Source of the DNA: a virus
Direction: 5' to 3' (one strand)
Virus record (IMG/VR): IMGVR_UViG_3300014202_000581
DNA length: 38,996 bases
Under the pieces are notes generated by a model. The model was not told where the DNA came from. It worked only from the letters and a program-made list of their open reading frames with translations, and ran no database searches. Shown piece after piece: positions 23,668 through 31,670 of this stretch. A program made the translations under genes and the position numbers. Position 1 is the first letter of the stretch. Every line of letters starts with the position of its first letter.

Positions 23668-25716
23668 ATGTCTATTTTTACAGGGAATGTTGATTTACTG
23701 GTTGCCGCAGCTATTTTACAGGATATTTTAGTAGACAAGGACGGTACCCCTATGGCTGGGGGAACGATTACTTGTTACCATGATAACAGCAGAACTACCC
23801 TTAAAAACTGGTATTACCAGTCGTCAAATTTTGCCGATTCAAGTGGTAATTATACCTACAGCACATTACCAAACCCATTAACATTAAGCGCTGCCGGCAC
23901 TATTTGTGATGTGAACGGCAATGATACGATCCCTTTTTTCTATCCTTTTGATGAATTGGACGCTGAAGAACCAGACCCCTACTACATCACTATTGTTAAT
24001 CATGACCAAACGAATCAAATTACACGCCCTAACTTCCCATTTATGGGTGATAATTCTGGCACAGCCTCCAAAATTAATACATTTAATAACCTGATTGTTA
24101 ATAATGGATTTTGGCGCAATATACAGCCTAACACATTAGGAATAACCCCGTTTTCGACCTATGTGTATAATACAGGCTCATCAACCACCATGACCATCCC
24201 GACAGGTGGCACGAATTACGGCATTGTTGTAGCACCCAGTCAGCATGATGGTTTTAGAATGAATGACATTCAATTTCAGAAAAACAATCTTACTGGCAAT
24301 GACTCGGTGACTTTTACACCATTTCCTCTTGGATTTGGACAACCTATATTAAATTCAATCGTACCTGAATATTATATTGCCCACACCTGTACGACTGCTG
24401 GAAATTCAGAAACCGTTAAGTGCTATCAGTTCCCTATCTCTTTACATGTGAATACATTAGCGGGTGTGCCTTTTACTATATCCGTTGAGGCACAAAATGG
24501 TGGTGCTGGAACAAACACCCTTACCCTCCTTCTTTTACAAGACCCAGGGACTGGTGGTACAGGTGGTGGCACCCAACAAATAGGCCAAATTACGCTCAAT
24601 AGCACCTGGTCTTCATATTCATTTACCGGCATATTCCCTTCAACTGCGGGCATGAATTTAGGTACTGGCGCTGATGATGGCTGGTATTTACAAGTACAGA
24701 TGCCTTTAAATGCAACCTGTGCGGTTAATTTTACCAAACCATCGCTGTATTTGACGGATAATGTGGTGCCAAGTAACAACTTCCAAACGTATGATCAAGT
24801 TGATGCCATAGCCAATAGCCCAAGATTAGGTGATTTACGCGTTACTACCAGTACGTTTTATCCTTTTGGATGGGTGCCAATGAACGATGGAGTGATTGGT
24901 CTAAATGCAATGTCTGTTGTAGGAACTACTTCGCAAGTAGGTTATGCGAGAGGAAATGCGGATGTGTTTAAACTTTATAGCCATTTTTGGAACATAGCGC
25001 AACAGTTTGACACCGGTTCCAATTTAAATGCCATTTGCCAAATGTATACTAATAGCGGTTCTTCTTTAGTCGCTACTAATTATGGTGCCACACCTTATGC
25101 GGATTTTACCGCAAACAAAGCGCTTCAATTAACTAAAATGTTTGGTCGTGCGTTAATGGGAACGGTGCCATTATCGGCTTTATTTCAATTCTATGGCCAG
25201 CAATCCGTGGGTATTACAGCCAGTAGTGGTGTTGCCGGCGCATTATTATTGACTGCAACAACAGCTTCCGGTTTATGGCAAGGAGCACCAATATCATTTC
25301 GTATTGGAGGTGGTGGCGTTTATCCTGGGAATATAATACCCAATTACATCTATTATATTTGCAATATTTCTGGCGCTACTTTTAACGTTTCTACTACTTA
25401 CTCAGGTGCTATTGCAGGTGGCCCAGTGGTCAATTATAGCTCAGCTGGAGGTGGTACATTTATTAACTTTAACCAGACTGGTGCGATTACTGGTGAATAT
25501 AGCCACACTCAACAATTAACTGAGCTTGTGAATCATAATCATCCTGGTAGTACTTATGGGAATAACTCAACGAACAACGGTGGTTCTGTAACCTCTTATG
25601 GTTCATTTGGTGCAATTAACCAAAACTTCCCTGTTAACGTAGCGGCGCAAGGCGGTGGTCAGCCTTTTAACATCACAGAGCCTGGTGTATTCTATAACAT
25701 ATTTATTAAGCAGTAA
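23668..25716 (+). CDS. tail fibre / tail spike protein 1
   Basis: 682 aa with SD AAGGA, Gly/Thr/Asn/Ser-rich and of beta-rich composition. Its position follows the ejection proteins. Confidence 0.7.
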   Translation: MSIFTGNVDLLVAAAILQDILVDKDGTPMAGGTITCYHDNSRTTLKNWYYQSSNFADSSGNYTYSTLPNPLTLSAAGTICDVNGNDTIPFFYPFDELDAEEPDPYYITIVNHDQTNQITRPNFPFMGDNSGTASKINTFNNLIVNNGFWRNIQPNTLGITPFSTYVYNTGSSTTMTIPTGGTNYGIVVAPSQHDGFRMNDIQFQKNNLTGNDSVTFTPFPLGFGQPILNSIVPEYYIAHTCTTAGNSETVKCYQFPISLHVNTLAGVPFTISVEAQNGGAGTNTLTLLLLQDPGTGGTGGGTQQIGQITLNSTWSSYSFTGIFPSTAGMNLGTGADDGWYLQVQMPLNATCAVNFTKPSLYLTDNVVPSNNFQTYDQVDAIANSPRLGDLRVTTSTFYPFGWVPMNDGVIGLNAMSVVGTTSQVGYARGNADVFKLYSHFWNIAQQFDTGSNLNAICQMYTNSGSSLVATNYGATPYADFTANKALQLTKMFGRALMGTVPLSALFQFYGQQSVGITASSGVAGALLLTATTASGLWQGAPISFRIGGGGVYPGNIIPNYIYYICNISGATFNVSTTYSGAIAGGPVVNYSSAGGGTFINFNQTGAITGEYSHTQQLTELVNHNHPGSTYGNNSTNNGGSVTSYGSFGAINQNFPVNVAAQGGGQPFNITEPGVFYNIFIKQ

Positions 25717-25789
25717 TACCTGTCGACACGGTAGACATGAGGTCTTTATGTGTCGATAAAAATGGAAATTTTAAACATAAGGACATGCC

Positions 25790-26152
25790 ATGAGTACTCA
25801 ATTATCTTTTGGACGTGACGCGCAAGGGTATAATGCTTATGCGCCGATGTTCCCTACCGATATTTTCACCGCTACGATTGCCACAGGAACTGCGCGCTCG
25901 TTCACTGTACCATCCAATTTCCCACTTTTTATTATGTATGTACAAGTTCAACCTAATGGTTGGTGCTGGGTTTCAAGAACAGGTACTGCGGCTGTTCCTG
26001 CTGGTGCTCCATTAGCGGCTTCAGCATCTGAAATGGCTGCTGGCACTCAGTTATATAAGCGTGTTGTTAATGCCGGCGATGTGATTAGTTTTATCACAGC
26101 TAATACCACTTGTGACGTGTCCGTAAGTTTGTTTAATTTACCAAGACCTTAA
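25790..26152 (+). CDS. small beta-rich virion-associated protein, hypothetical
   Basis: 120 aa with SD TAAGGA, between the two fibre genes. Confidence 0.6.
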   Translation: MSTQLSFGRDAQGYNAYAPMFPTDIFTATIATGTARSFTVPSNFPLFIMYVQVQPNGWCWVSRTGTAAVPAGAPLAASASEMAAGTQLYKRVVNAGDVISFITANTTCDVSVSLFNLPRP

Positions 26153-26178
26153 TTCACCTACTTTAAAAGGATTTAAAG

Positions 26179-28110
26179 ATGGCTACAGAAGAGATGATAA
26201 CCTCGCTTCCTACCGTTGCAAGTGCTACGATGAGCGACATTATTTACGCAGTTCAAGGGTATACAAGTCCTACATCGTTAGGCTTATCAGTACAGGAAAC
26301 GTTAGGGCAAGTCTTCACCCTCTTTCAATCCAATGTGATATTGGTTAACTCTGGAAATCCTAATGGGGTTTTAGCAGGAACAACTTATCAGTTTGCTTGG
26401 GATCAGGTCAACTCGATTTTGTATATTTGTACCCTTTCTGGAACAGCAACAACCGCTGTCTGGACTCGTGCTAATATCAATAGTGGCTACACGACTACGC
26501 CAACTGCTGCCGCTACGACCACATTGACTGTTCAAAGCACCTACTGGCAATTCTTCACAGGAACTACCACGCAAACGGTTGTAATGCCTGTAGCAAGCAC
26601 TTGCGCTGCTGGCATGACTTGGTCGATTGTAAATAACTCTACGGGTGTTATAACGGTCGAATCATCAGGATTAAATACAATTGTCACGCTCAGTGCTGGT
26701 GAAGTAGCGATGGTGACTTGTATTCTTAATAGTGGCACATCCGCAGCAAGTTGGAACGCTATTGTTTCAGCGGTCGGCGGCGGTGTTACATCCATTACTG
26801 GAACCGCAAATCAAGTGATTGCTTCCGCATCATCTGGCGCTGTAACACTCAGTACCCCTCAAGACATAGCCCCTGCAAGTTCTCCGACATTTAATGCGTT
26901 GACTTTAACCGGAACGCCTCTTGCAAAAACAAGCGGTGGTACAGGCTCATCTACCGTAATTACCAACCCAAATGCCACTTCCTGGGCAGGATGGGACGCC
27001 AACAAAAACATGTCAGCCAATAATTTTATCGAAGGATATACCACAACGGCAACTGCTGCTGGCACAACTGTCATCACAGTAGCAAGCACTTATTGGCAGT
27101 ATTTCACCGGTAGTACAACCCAAACGGTTACAATGCCTGTTACTTCTACTTTGGTTCTTGGTCAAGCATGGGAATTTGTCAATAACTCAACGGGTGTTGT
27201 TACTGTTCAATCATCAGGTGGTAACACGATTACTGCAATGGCTGCGGGGACAAGTGCGGTATTTACTTGTATTTTAACTTCTGGAACAACTGCTGCAAGT
27301 TGGAACTCAGACTACAGTTTAAACACTGTAGGTGTGGCTTCAATCACAGGAACGGCCAACCAAGTCATTGCTTCCGCAAGTACTGGCGCGGTGACTTTGA
27401 GTTTGCCTCAGAATATTGCTACAACAAGTGCTCCAACTTTTGCGGGATTAACATTGACGAATCCCTATATTCTAAGCGCTGGTGGTCTTCATAGTTTCCA
27501 AGTATTTACTTCAGGAACCGCGGCAACCTATACAAGACCGGCAAACGTTTCATCTATTCTCGTTGAGCTTGTTGGTGGTGGTGGTGCTGGTGGTGGGTCT
27601 GTAGGTAACGTTTCAGGAACGGCATTTGGTGCTGGTGGTGGCGCAGGAGGATATGTTGTTTCTTATATTCCAAGTGCGGCCTCTACTTATACTTATACGG
27701 TAGGTGCTGCTGGAGCAGGTTCGTCTGGTAATAACGGAGGGGCTGGAGGAAATACAACATTTTCCACTTTTACAGCTAGCGCTGGCGCCGGTGGTAATGC
27801 AATGGTTTCAATTTCAACTGCTGCTTCTTCTTCTTCTGCTGGAGGTGCAGGAGGTGCTGCCTCTGGCGGTGGAATTGCAAACGTCCCAGGACAAGGTGGT
27901 GGCGCAGGTTATACGAGTCAGGGAAATGGATTTACAGGTTTTGGTGGAAGTAATATTTATGGTTCTGGTGCTCCTTCAAAAAACAGTGCTGGAACGGGAA
28001 CTGCTGGAACGGGATTTGGTGCTGGTGGTGGTGGTGGATTATCAACTACGGTAACAGCAGCAGGCGGAGCAGGAACAAGTGGAATTATAATTGTATGGGA
28101 ATTTGCCTAA
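26179..28110 (+). CDS. tail fibre protein 2, with an internal 143-aa tandem duplication and a Gly-rich C-terminal domain
   Basis: 643 aa with SD AAAGGA. The repeats and the GGGGAGGGS...GAGGGAGG tract are read from the translation. Confidence 0.75.
   Translation: MATEEMITSLPTVASATMSDIIYAVQGYTSPTSLGLSVQETLGQVFTLFQSNVILVNSGNPNGVLAGTTYQFAWDQVNSILYICTLSGTATTAVWTRANINSGYTTTPTAAATTTLTVQSTYWQFFTGTTTQTVVMPVASTCAAGMTWSIVNNSTGVITVESSGLNTIVTLSAGEVAMVTCILNSGTSAASWNAIVSAVGGGVTSITGTANQVIASASSGAVTLSTPQDIAPASSPTFNALTLTGTPLAKTSGGTGSSTVITNPNATSWAGWDANKNMSANNFIEGYTTTATAAGTTVITVASTYWQYFTGSTTQTVTMPVTSTLVLGQAWEFVNNSTGVVTVQSSGGNTITAMAAGTSAVFTCILTSGTTAASWNSDYSLNTVGVASITGTANQVIASASTGAVTLSLPQNIATTSAPTFAGLTLTNPYILSAGGLHSFQVFTSGTAATYTRPANVSSILVELVGGGGAGGGSVGNVSGTAFGAGGGAGGYVVSYIPSAASTYTYTVGAAGAGSSGNNGGAGGNTTFSTFTASAGAGGNAMVSISTAASSSSAGGAGGAASGGGIANVPGQGGGAGYTSQGNGFTGFGGSNIYGSGAPSKNSAGTGTAGTGFGAGGGGGLSTTVTAAGGAGTSGIIIVWEFA
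26485..26913 (+). repeat. Intragenic repeat unit 1 of tail fibre 2 (aa 103-245)
   Basis: GYTTTPTAAATTTLTVQSTYWQFFTG...ITGTANQVIASASSGAVTLS...PTFNALTLTG aligns residue for residue with unit 2. Confidence 0.85.
27034..27462 (+). repeat. Intragenic repeat unit 2 of tail fibre 2 (aa 286-428)
   Basis: GYTTTATAAGTTVITVASTYWQYFTG...ITGTANQVIASASTGAVTLS...PTFAGLTLTN, offset by 183 aa from unit 1. Confidence 0.85.
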
Positions 28111-28131
28111 GTTTTTAATAAGGAACATATC

Positions 28132-28404
28132 ATGTCAATATTAAATGTTACATATTTTGCTGGATTTTGGCCATCCATAGGTGGGGCAATTGTGCCAGCA
28201 GCACTTTCAATTCAAACTGATGACTCTTTGGCTACCGTCATGGGAACTGGGTATTTGAACGGATCAGATTCAACTTATGGTATAACGTATCAAAATAACT
28301 TACAAATGGCGCTTGTAAGTAGCTCTGATTCAACGCCCGTTTGGTTAGCAGTTCAGATTGATGGTTCCTCTAATGTCAATTTAGTCGCACCATCTGCGGT
28401 GTAA
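28132..28404 (+). CDS. small protein sharing a ~90-aa domain with the N-terminus of 11405..12130
   Basis: 90 aa with SD TAAGGAA. DDSLATVMGTGYLNGS...LQMALVSSS aligns with GDNLAAITTAGYLNSS...IIFALYSYS. Confidence 0.65.
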   Translation: MSILNVTYFAGFWPSIGGAIVPAALSIQTDDSLATVMGTGYLNGSDSTYGITYQNNLQMALVSSSDSTPVWLAVQIDGSSNVNLVAPSAV

Positions 28405-28433
28405 AGTGTAGAAATCAATCCTTAAAAAAGTTA

Positions 28434-28462
28434 CCTTCTCCTTAATTTAAAAAAGGAGAAGG
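28434..28462 (+). promoter_or_regulatory. Perfect 10-bp hairpin sequestering the SD of the acyltransferase gene
   Basis: CCTTCTCCTT 28434-28443 pairs with AAGGAGAAGG 28453-28462, with loop AATTTAAAA. The ATG is at 28465 and no U-tract follows. Confidence 0.7.
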
Positions 28463-28464
28463 GA

Positions 28465-29166
28465 ATGTCCATAAGCAGCACAGCTATTATACATCCAGAA
28501 GCAATAATAGGCGAAAATGTCACCATAGGTCATTATTCAGTCATTGGGAAATGTACTATTGGTCGAGATTGCATTATTCATCCGCATGTGGTCATCAATG
28601 ATGGCGTCATTATTTTTCATGAAGTCGAAATATTCAGCGGTGCTGTCATTGGGAAAGAGCCAAAAGGTGCTGGAGCTACAGCGCGACCAATTGATTTTGA
28701 GCGCGTCATTACCATTGGTGCTGGAACCTCCATTTGCCCTCATGTAGTCATTTACTACGATGTTGAAATTGGTAGCAATTGCCTCATTGGAGATGGCGCA
28801 TCGATTCGGGAAAAATGCAGCATCGGCAGCCGTTGTATTATCAGTCGATATGTCACAATTAATTACAATGTTGACATTGGGCATAAAGTGAAAATTATGG
28901 ATTTAACACATATCACCGGTAATACCGTCATTGAGGATGAAGTATTTATCAGTGCGCTAGTTGGGACGGCGAATGATAATGTACTTAGCCGGCAATACAA
29001 CGATGATATCTTAGGGCAATATATTCAATCGGGCGCATTTATCGGCCTAGGTGCTAATTTATTACCGGCTGTGAAAGTGGGTTATAATGCAAAAGTAGGT
29101 GCTGGCGCCTTGGTGACAAAGGATGTTCCTAAAAATAGTTTGGTAAAAGGGATACCTGCCAGGTAA
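28465..29166 (+). CDS. left-handed beta-helix (hexapeptide-repeat) acyl/acetyltransferase, LpxA/LpxD-like
   Basis: 233 aa with continuous [LIV]-G-x4 hexapeptide periodicity (IIGENVTIGHYSVIGKCTIGRDCIIHPHVVI...). The N-terminal half resembles E. coli LpxA as I remember it, but the LpxA C-terminal helical domain is absent. Confidence 0.8.
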   Translation: MSISSTAIIHPEAIIGENVTIGHYSVIGKCTIGRDCIIHPHVVINDGVIIFHEVEIFSGAVIGKEPKGAGATARPIDFERVITIGAGTSICPHVVIYYDVEIGSNCLIGDGASIREKCSIGSRCIISRYVTINYNVDIGHKVKIMDLTHITGNTVIEDEVFISALVGTANDNVLSRQYNDDILGQYIQSGAFIGLGANLLPAVKVGYNAKVGAGALVTKDVPKNSLVKGIPAR

Positions 29167-29192
29167 ATAATACATAAAGCAAAGGATTTGCA

Positions 29193-29744
29193 ATGACTGA
29201 TACCCTTACCCCGGATGGAAGGTTCACGTTTGCCTTTAATGCCTTAATTTCGCATGAAGGCGGCTATTCGAATGATAAAAATGATCCAGGTGGTCAAACG
29301 AAATACGGTATTACCCAATCTGAACTTACGAAAAATTACAAAAAACTCGGATTACCTCAAGACGTCAAAAGATTGACGCTTGACCATGCGAAAATATACT
29401 ACAAAGCAGTTTGGTGGGATACATACCATTACAACGCAATCAATTCATTGGCTGTAGCCACAAAAATCATGGATATGTGCGTTAATGTCGGACAACGCCA
29501 AGGCGCCTTATTGCTACAACGTGCTTGCAATAATACGGGGCATAACCTCAAAGTTGACGGGATTATGGGCGGTCAAACGATAGGTGCTGTTAATGAAATC
29601 AGTCTTCACAATCGCGAAGAGGATTTATTGGATGATTTATGCGAAGAGCAAAAAGCATTTTATGAACTGATTATTGGGCAGCATCCAACACTAAAAGCAT
29701 TTCAAAATGGATGGATGAAGCGCGCAGCCTATCGCGGCACATGA
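29193..29744 (+). CDS. endolysin, GH108 lysozyme with PG_binding_3-type C-terminal domain
   Basis: The motif HEGGYSNDKNDPGGQTKYGITQ is the GH108 signature. The C-terminal part contains VDGIMGGQTIGAVN. Confidence 0.85.
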   Translation: MTDTLTPDGRFTFAFNALISHEGGYSNDKNDPGGQTKYGITQSELTKNYKKLGLPQDVKRLTLDHAKIYYKAVWWDTYHYNAINSLAVATKIMDMCVNVGQRQGALLLQRACNNTGHNLKVDGIMGGQTIGAVNEISLHNREEDLLDDLCEEQKAFYELIIGQHPTLKAFQNGWMKRAAYRGT

Positions 29745-30091
29745 TTATCGATTTGCCTTGGCCTCCTAGTGTGAACCACTACTGGAGGCATACCAAAAAC
29801 GGCCACTACATCAGCAAAGAAGGGCTAACGTTTCGAGAAATCGTCCAGTATAGCACACTGAAACATCGCAATATAATTCCTGACGATGCGAAATTATCAG
29901 TGCGTGTAGAAGCCTTTCCGCCGGATAAGCGCAAACGTGACCTTGATAACGTGCTAAAAGCGCTGCTAGATGCCCTGCAAAAGTCTGGGGTATACAAAGA
30001 TGACGGTCAAATAGATAAGCTCTCTATCGAGCGGAAAACGCCCTTAAATGGGCGCGTTCTAGTGACAATTGAGATTATGCCTACCAATTAG
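29741..30091 (+). CDS. rusA: RusA-family Holliday junction resolvase
   Basis: ATGA-coupled to the endolysin. The sequence MIIDLPWPPSVNHYW...KRKRDLDNVLKALLDAL...YKDDGQI carries RusA motifs. Confidence 0.85.
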   Translation: MIIDLPWPPSVNHYWRHTKNGHYISKEGLTFREIVQYSTLKHRNIIPDDAKLSVRVEAFPPDKRKRDLDNVLKALLDALQKSGVYKDDGQIDKLSIERKTPLNGRVLVTIEIMPTN

Positions 30092-30491
30092 GAATGTCAT
30101 CATCCATAAAAGACGATTGAGCTTGTGGTTTTGGCTTAGGTGCTTCTTGTTTTGGCGCAGCATTAGCAGAACCCTTGGGAATCAGCTTGATGTCGTTGGC
30201 ATGGATGGAGTACATATATTGACCTGCGCGCTCACCACTTTCGACCTTCTTATTTTGTATCTCGCCCTGAATCAGAACCAAATCGCCTACATGAACGTAT
30301 TTGCTGGCAATCTCGGCAAGCTTACTAAAGCAGCTAATGTTGTGCCAAGTGGTTTGTTCTTGCGCGGTGCCAGACGCATCCTTCCATTTTTTGTTCGTTG
30401 CTACTGAAAGGACGGTGAGTTCACCGCCATTTTTCAGTACTTTAGTATCTTTTTTACCCACTCGTCCCATGAGTATTGCTGTGTTCATCAT
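30081..30491 (-). CDS. ssb: single-stranded DNA-binding protein
   Basis: OB-fold motifs (ILMGRVG, TTWHNISCFSKLAEIASKY) and an acidic tail DDDIPNW. ATGA-coupled to recT. Confidence 0.9.
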   Translation of the reverse strand: MMNTAILMGRVGKKDTKVLKNGGELTVLSVATNKKWKDASGTAQEQTTWHNISCFSKLAEIASKYVHVGDLVLIQGEIQNKKVESGERAGQYMYSIHANDIKLIPKGSANAAPKQEAPKPKPQAQSSFMDDDIPNW

Positions 30492-31498
30492 TGCGCGCGC
30501 TCCATTTGCGTTATAAATTTCTCTGCCTGTTCGTAAGAAAGCTCATCAACTGTAGCCACTTCATAATAATTAAGTGCCTTCTTGATGCGCTCTTCACTGA
30601 ACTCTTTTTGTGTAAACAATTCTTTTATCCTATCTCGCTGGGTTCTGGAAACTGGCAAACAATCGTCAGTGTTGGAATTTCCGTCTGCGACAACATCTTC
30701 TGCACTATTATGTCCAGAATTATCAGGTTGGTTAACATCAGTACCATTAGAATCACTACGTGGATCAACTTCATTGTTGTTTTCTCCTATCCCAAGAATC
30801 TGCTTTAGTTTATTAGTCTGTGTTGGTTTGCTGTCGTGCGTTACAGTAAAGCTGCCGTCAATGACTTCTGAATCTTGCTGCTCTTCAGCTACCTTGAATC
30901 CTCGTAGCGCATCACCAAACACGTCACGCAACGCAAAGGCTCTGGCTCTCATCTGCAACATACGCTTAGGATAGTTTGTCCATGGTCCTGCTTTCTTCAA
31001 AAGACCAGCTGAACTGGCATCTTGTATGGTAAACGTCTGTTCTCTAGGCTCAAACCCTTTACGCTTAACAACACATCGGTACCCTGTGGTAGCACCTGTT
31101 TTTTTGTCGATGATTGGCTCTTCATTGACGCCTTCGCAATCGGGATGGCTCAACACAAGCGCCAGTAAACCATCACCCCATAAACAAGGTCGACCATTGA
31201 TGACGGCAATGTCTTGCAATGATTGGGCGATTGGGAAGCCTAGTTGATAACCCATTTCCATCGCAATGAAGATGTCGGCAGGTTTTCCACGATAAGACGT
31301 TGGCACAATTTCTGATTTAGACATCATCATGGCGACTTTCTGATAATGTTCGTATAGCTGAGGAGAAAATAAGCTGTCTTCAAGCTTGCTTGCCTTTTGT
31401 GCTTGAGTGACTTGCAGCTCATGGCGCAGCTCTAGTATTTGATTATTTTGTTTAGCAATCGTTAATTCGTTTTGTAATGCGGTTATCTCTGCGTTCAT
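30488..31498 (-). CDS. RecT/Red-beta family single-strand annealing protein with an acidic C-terminal extension
   Basis: Start taken as MNAEITALQ at 31498 with SD AAGGTG. GPWTNYPKRMLQMRARAFALRD parallels lambda Bet GPWQSHPKRMLRHKAMIQCARL. Confidence 0.8.
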   Translation of the reverse strand: MNAEITALQNELTIAKQNNQILELRHELQVTQAQKASKLEDSLFSPQLYEHYQKVAMMMSKSEIVPTSYRGKPADIFIAMEMGYQLGFPIAQSLQDIAVINGRPCLWGDGLLALVLSHPDCEGVNEEPIIDKKTGATTGYRCVVKRKGFEPREQTFTIQDASSAGLLKKAGPWTNYPKRMLQMRARAFALRDVFGDALRGFKVAEEQQDSEVIDGSFTVTHDSKPTQTNKLKQILGIGENNNEVDPRSDSNGTDVNQPDNSGHNSAEDVVADGNSNTDDCLPVSRTQRDRIKELFTQKEFSEERIKKALNYYEVATVDELSYEQAEKFITQMERAQ

Positions 31499-31499
31499 G

Positions 31500-31670
31500 T
31501 TATTCACCTTGTACGTGTTTAATGCCATCAATAAATGCTTCACCAACCAGGTAAGCATCTTCTTGTGTGTCAATGCCGCCGTAGCAGCATAGTGTATCGC
31601 TATTGGCGTAAATCTCAACAGCCCAAAAGCCTTTTGTGTCCTCAAATACTTCCAATCTAAAATTAACCAT
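31500..31670 (-). CDS. small protein, paralog of 36929..37117 (possibly YegP/DUF1508-like)
   Basis: ORF found by hand, TAATG-coupled to the exonuclease stop. Sequence is MVNFRLEVFEDTKGFWAVEIYANSDTLCCYGGIDTQEDAYLVGEAFIDGIKHVQGE. Confidence 0.55.
   Translation of the reverse strand: MVNFRLEVFEDTKGFWAVEIYANSDTLCCYGGIDTQEDAYLVGEAFIDGIKHVQGE

Noticed and set aside
24426-24779. Antisense and alternative-frame ORFs inside the fibre genes (24426..24779, 26371..27089, 27267..27494, 27704..28054)
   Set aside because: They are products of Gly/Thr/Ala codon repetitiveness, are nested wholly inside long, well-supported fibre ORFs, and lack SDs.
23668-28110. Diversity-generating retroelement (TR/VR pair) in the tail-fibre genes, as in BPP-1-like phages
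   Set aside because: No reverse transcriptase ORF exists anywhere in the genome, and I saw no near-identical template repeat downstream of either fibre gene. The repeats in fibre 2 are an in-frame protein-domain duplication.
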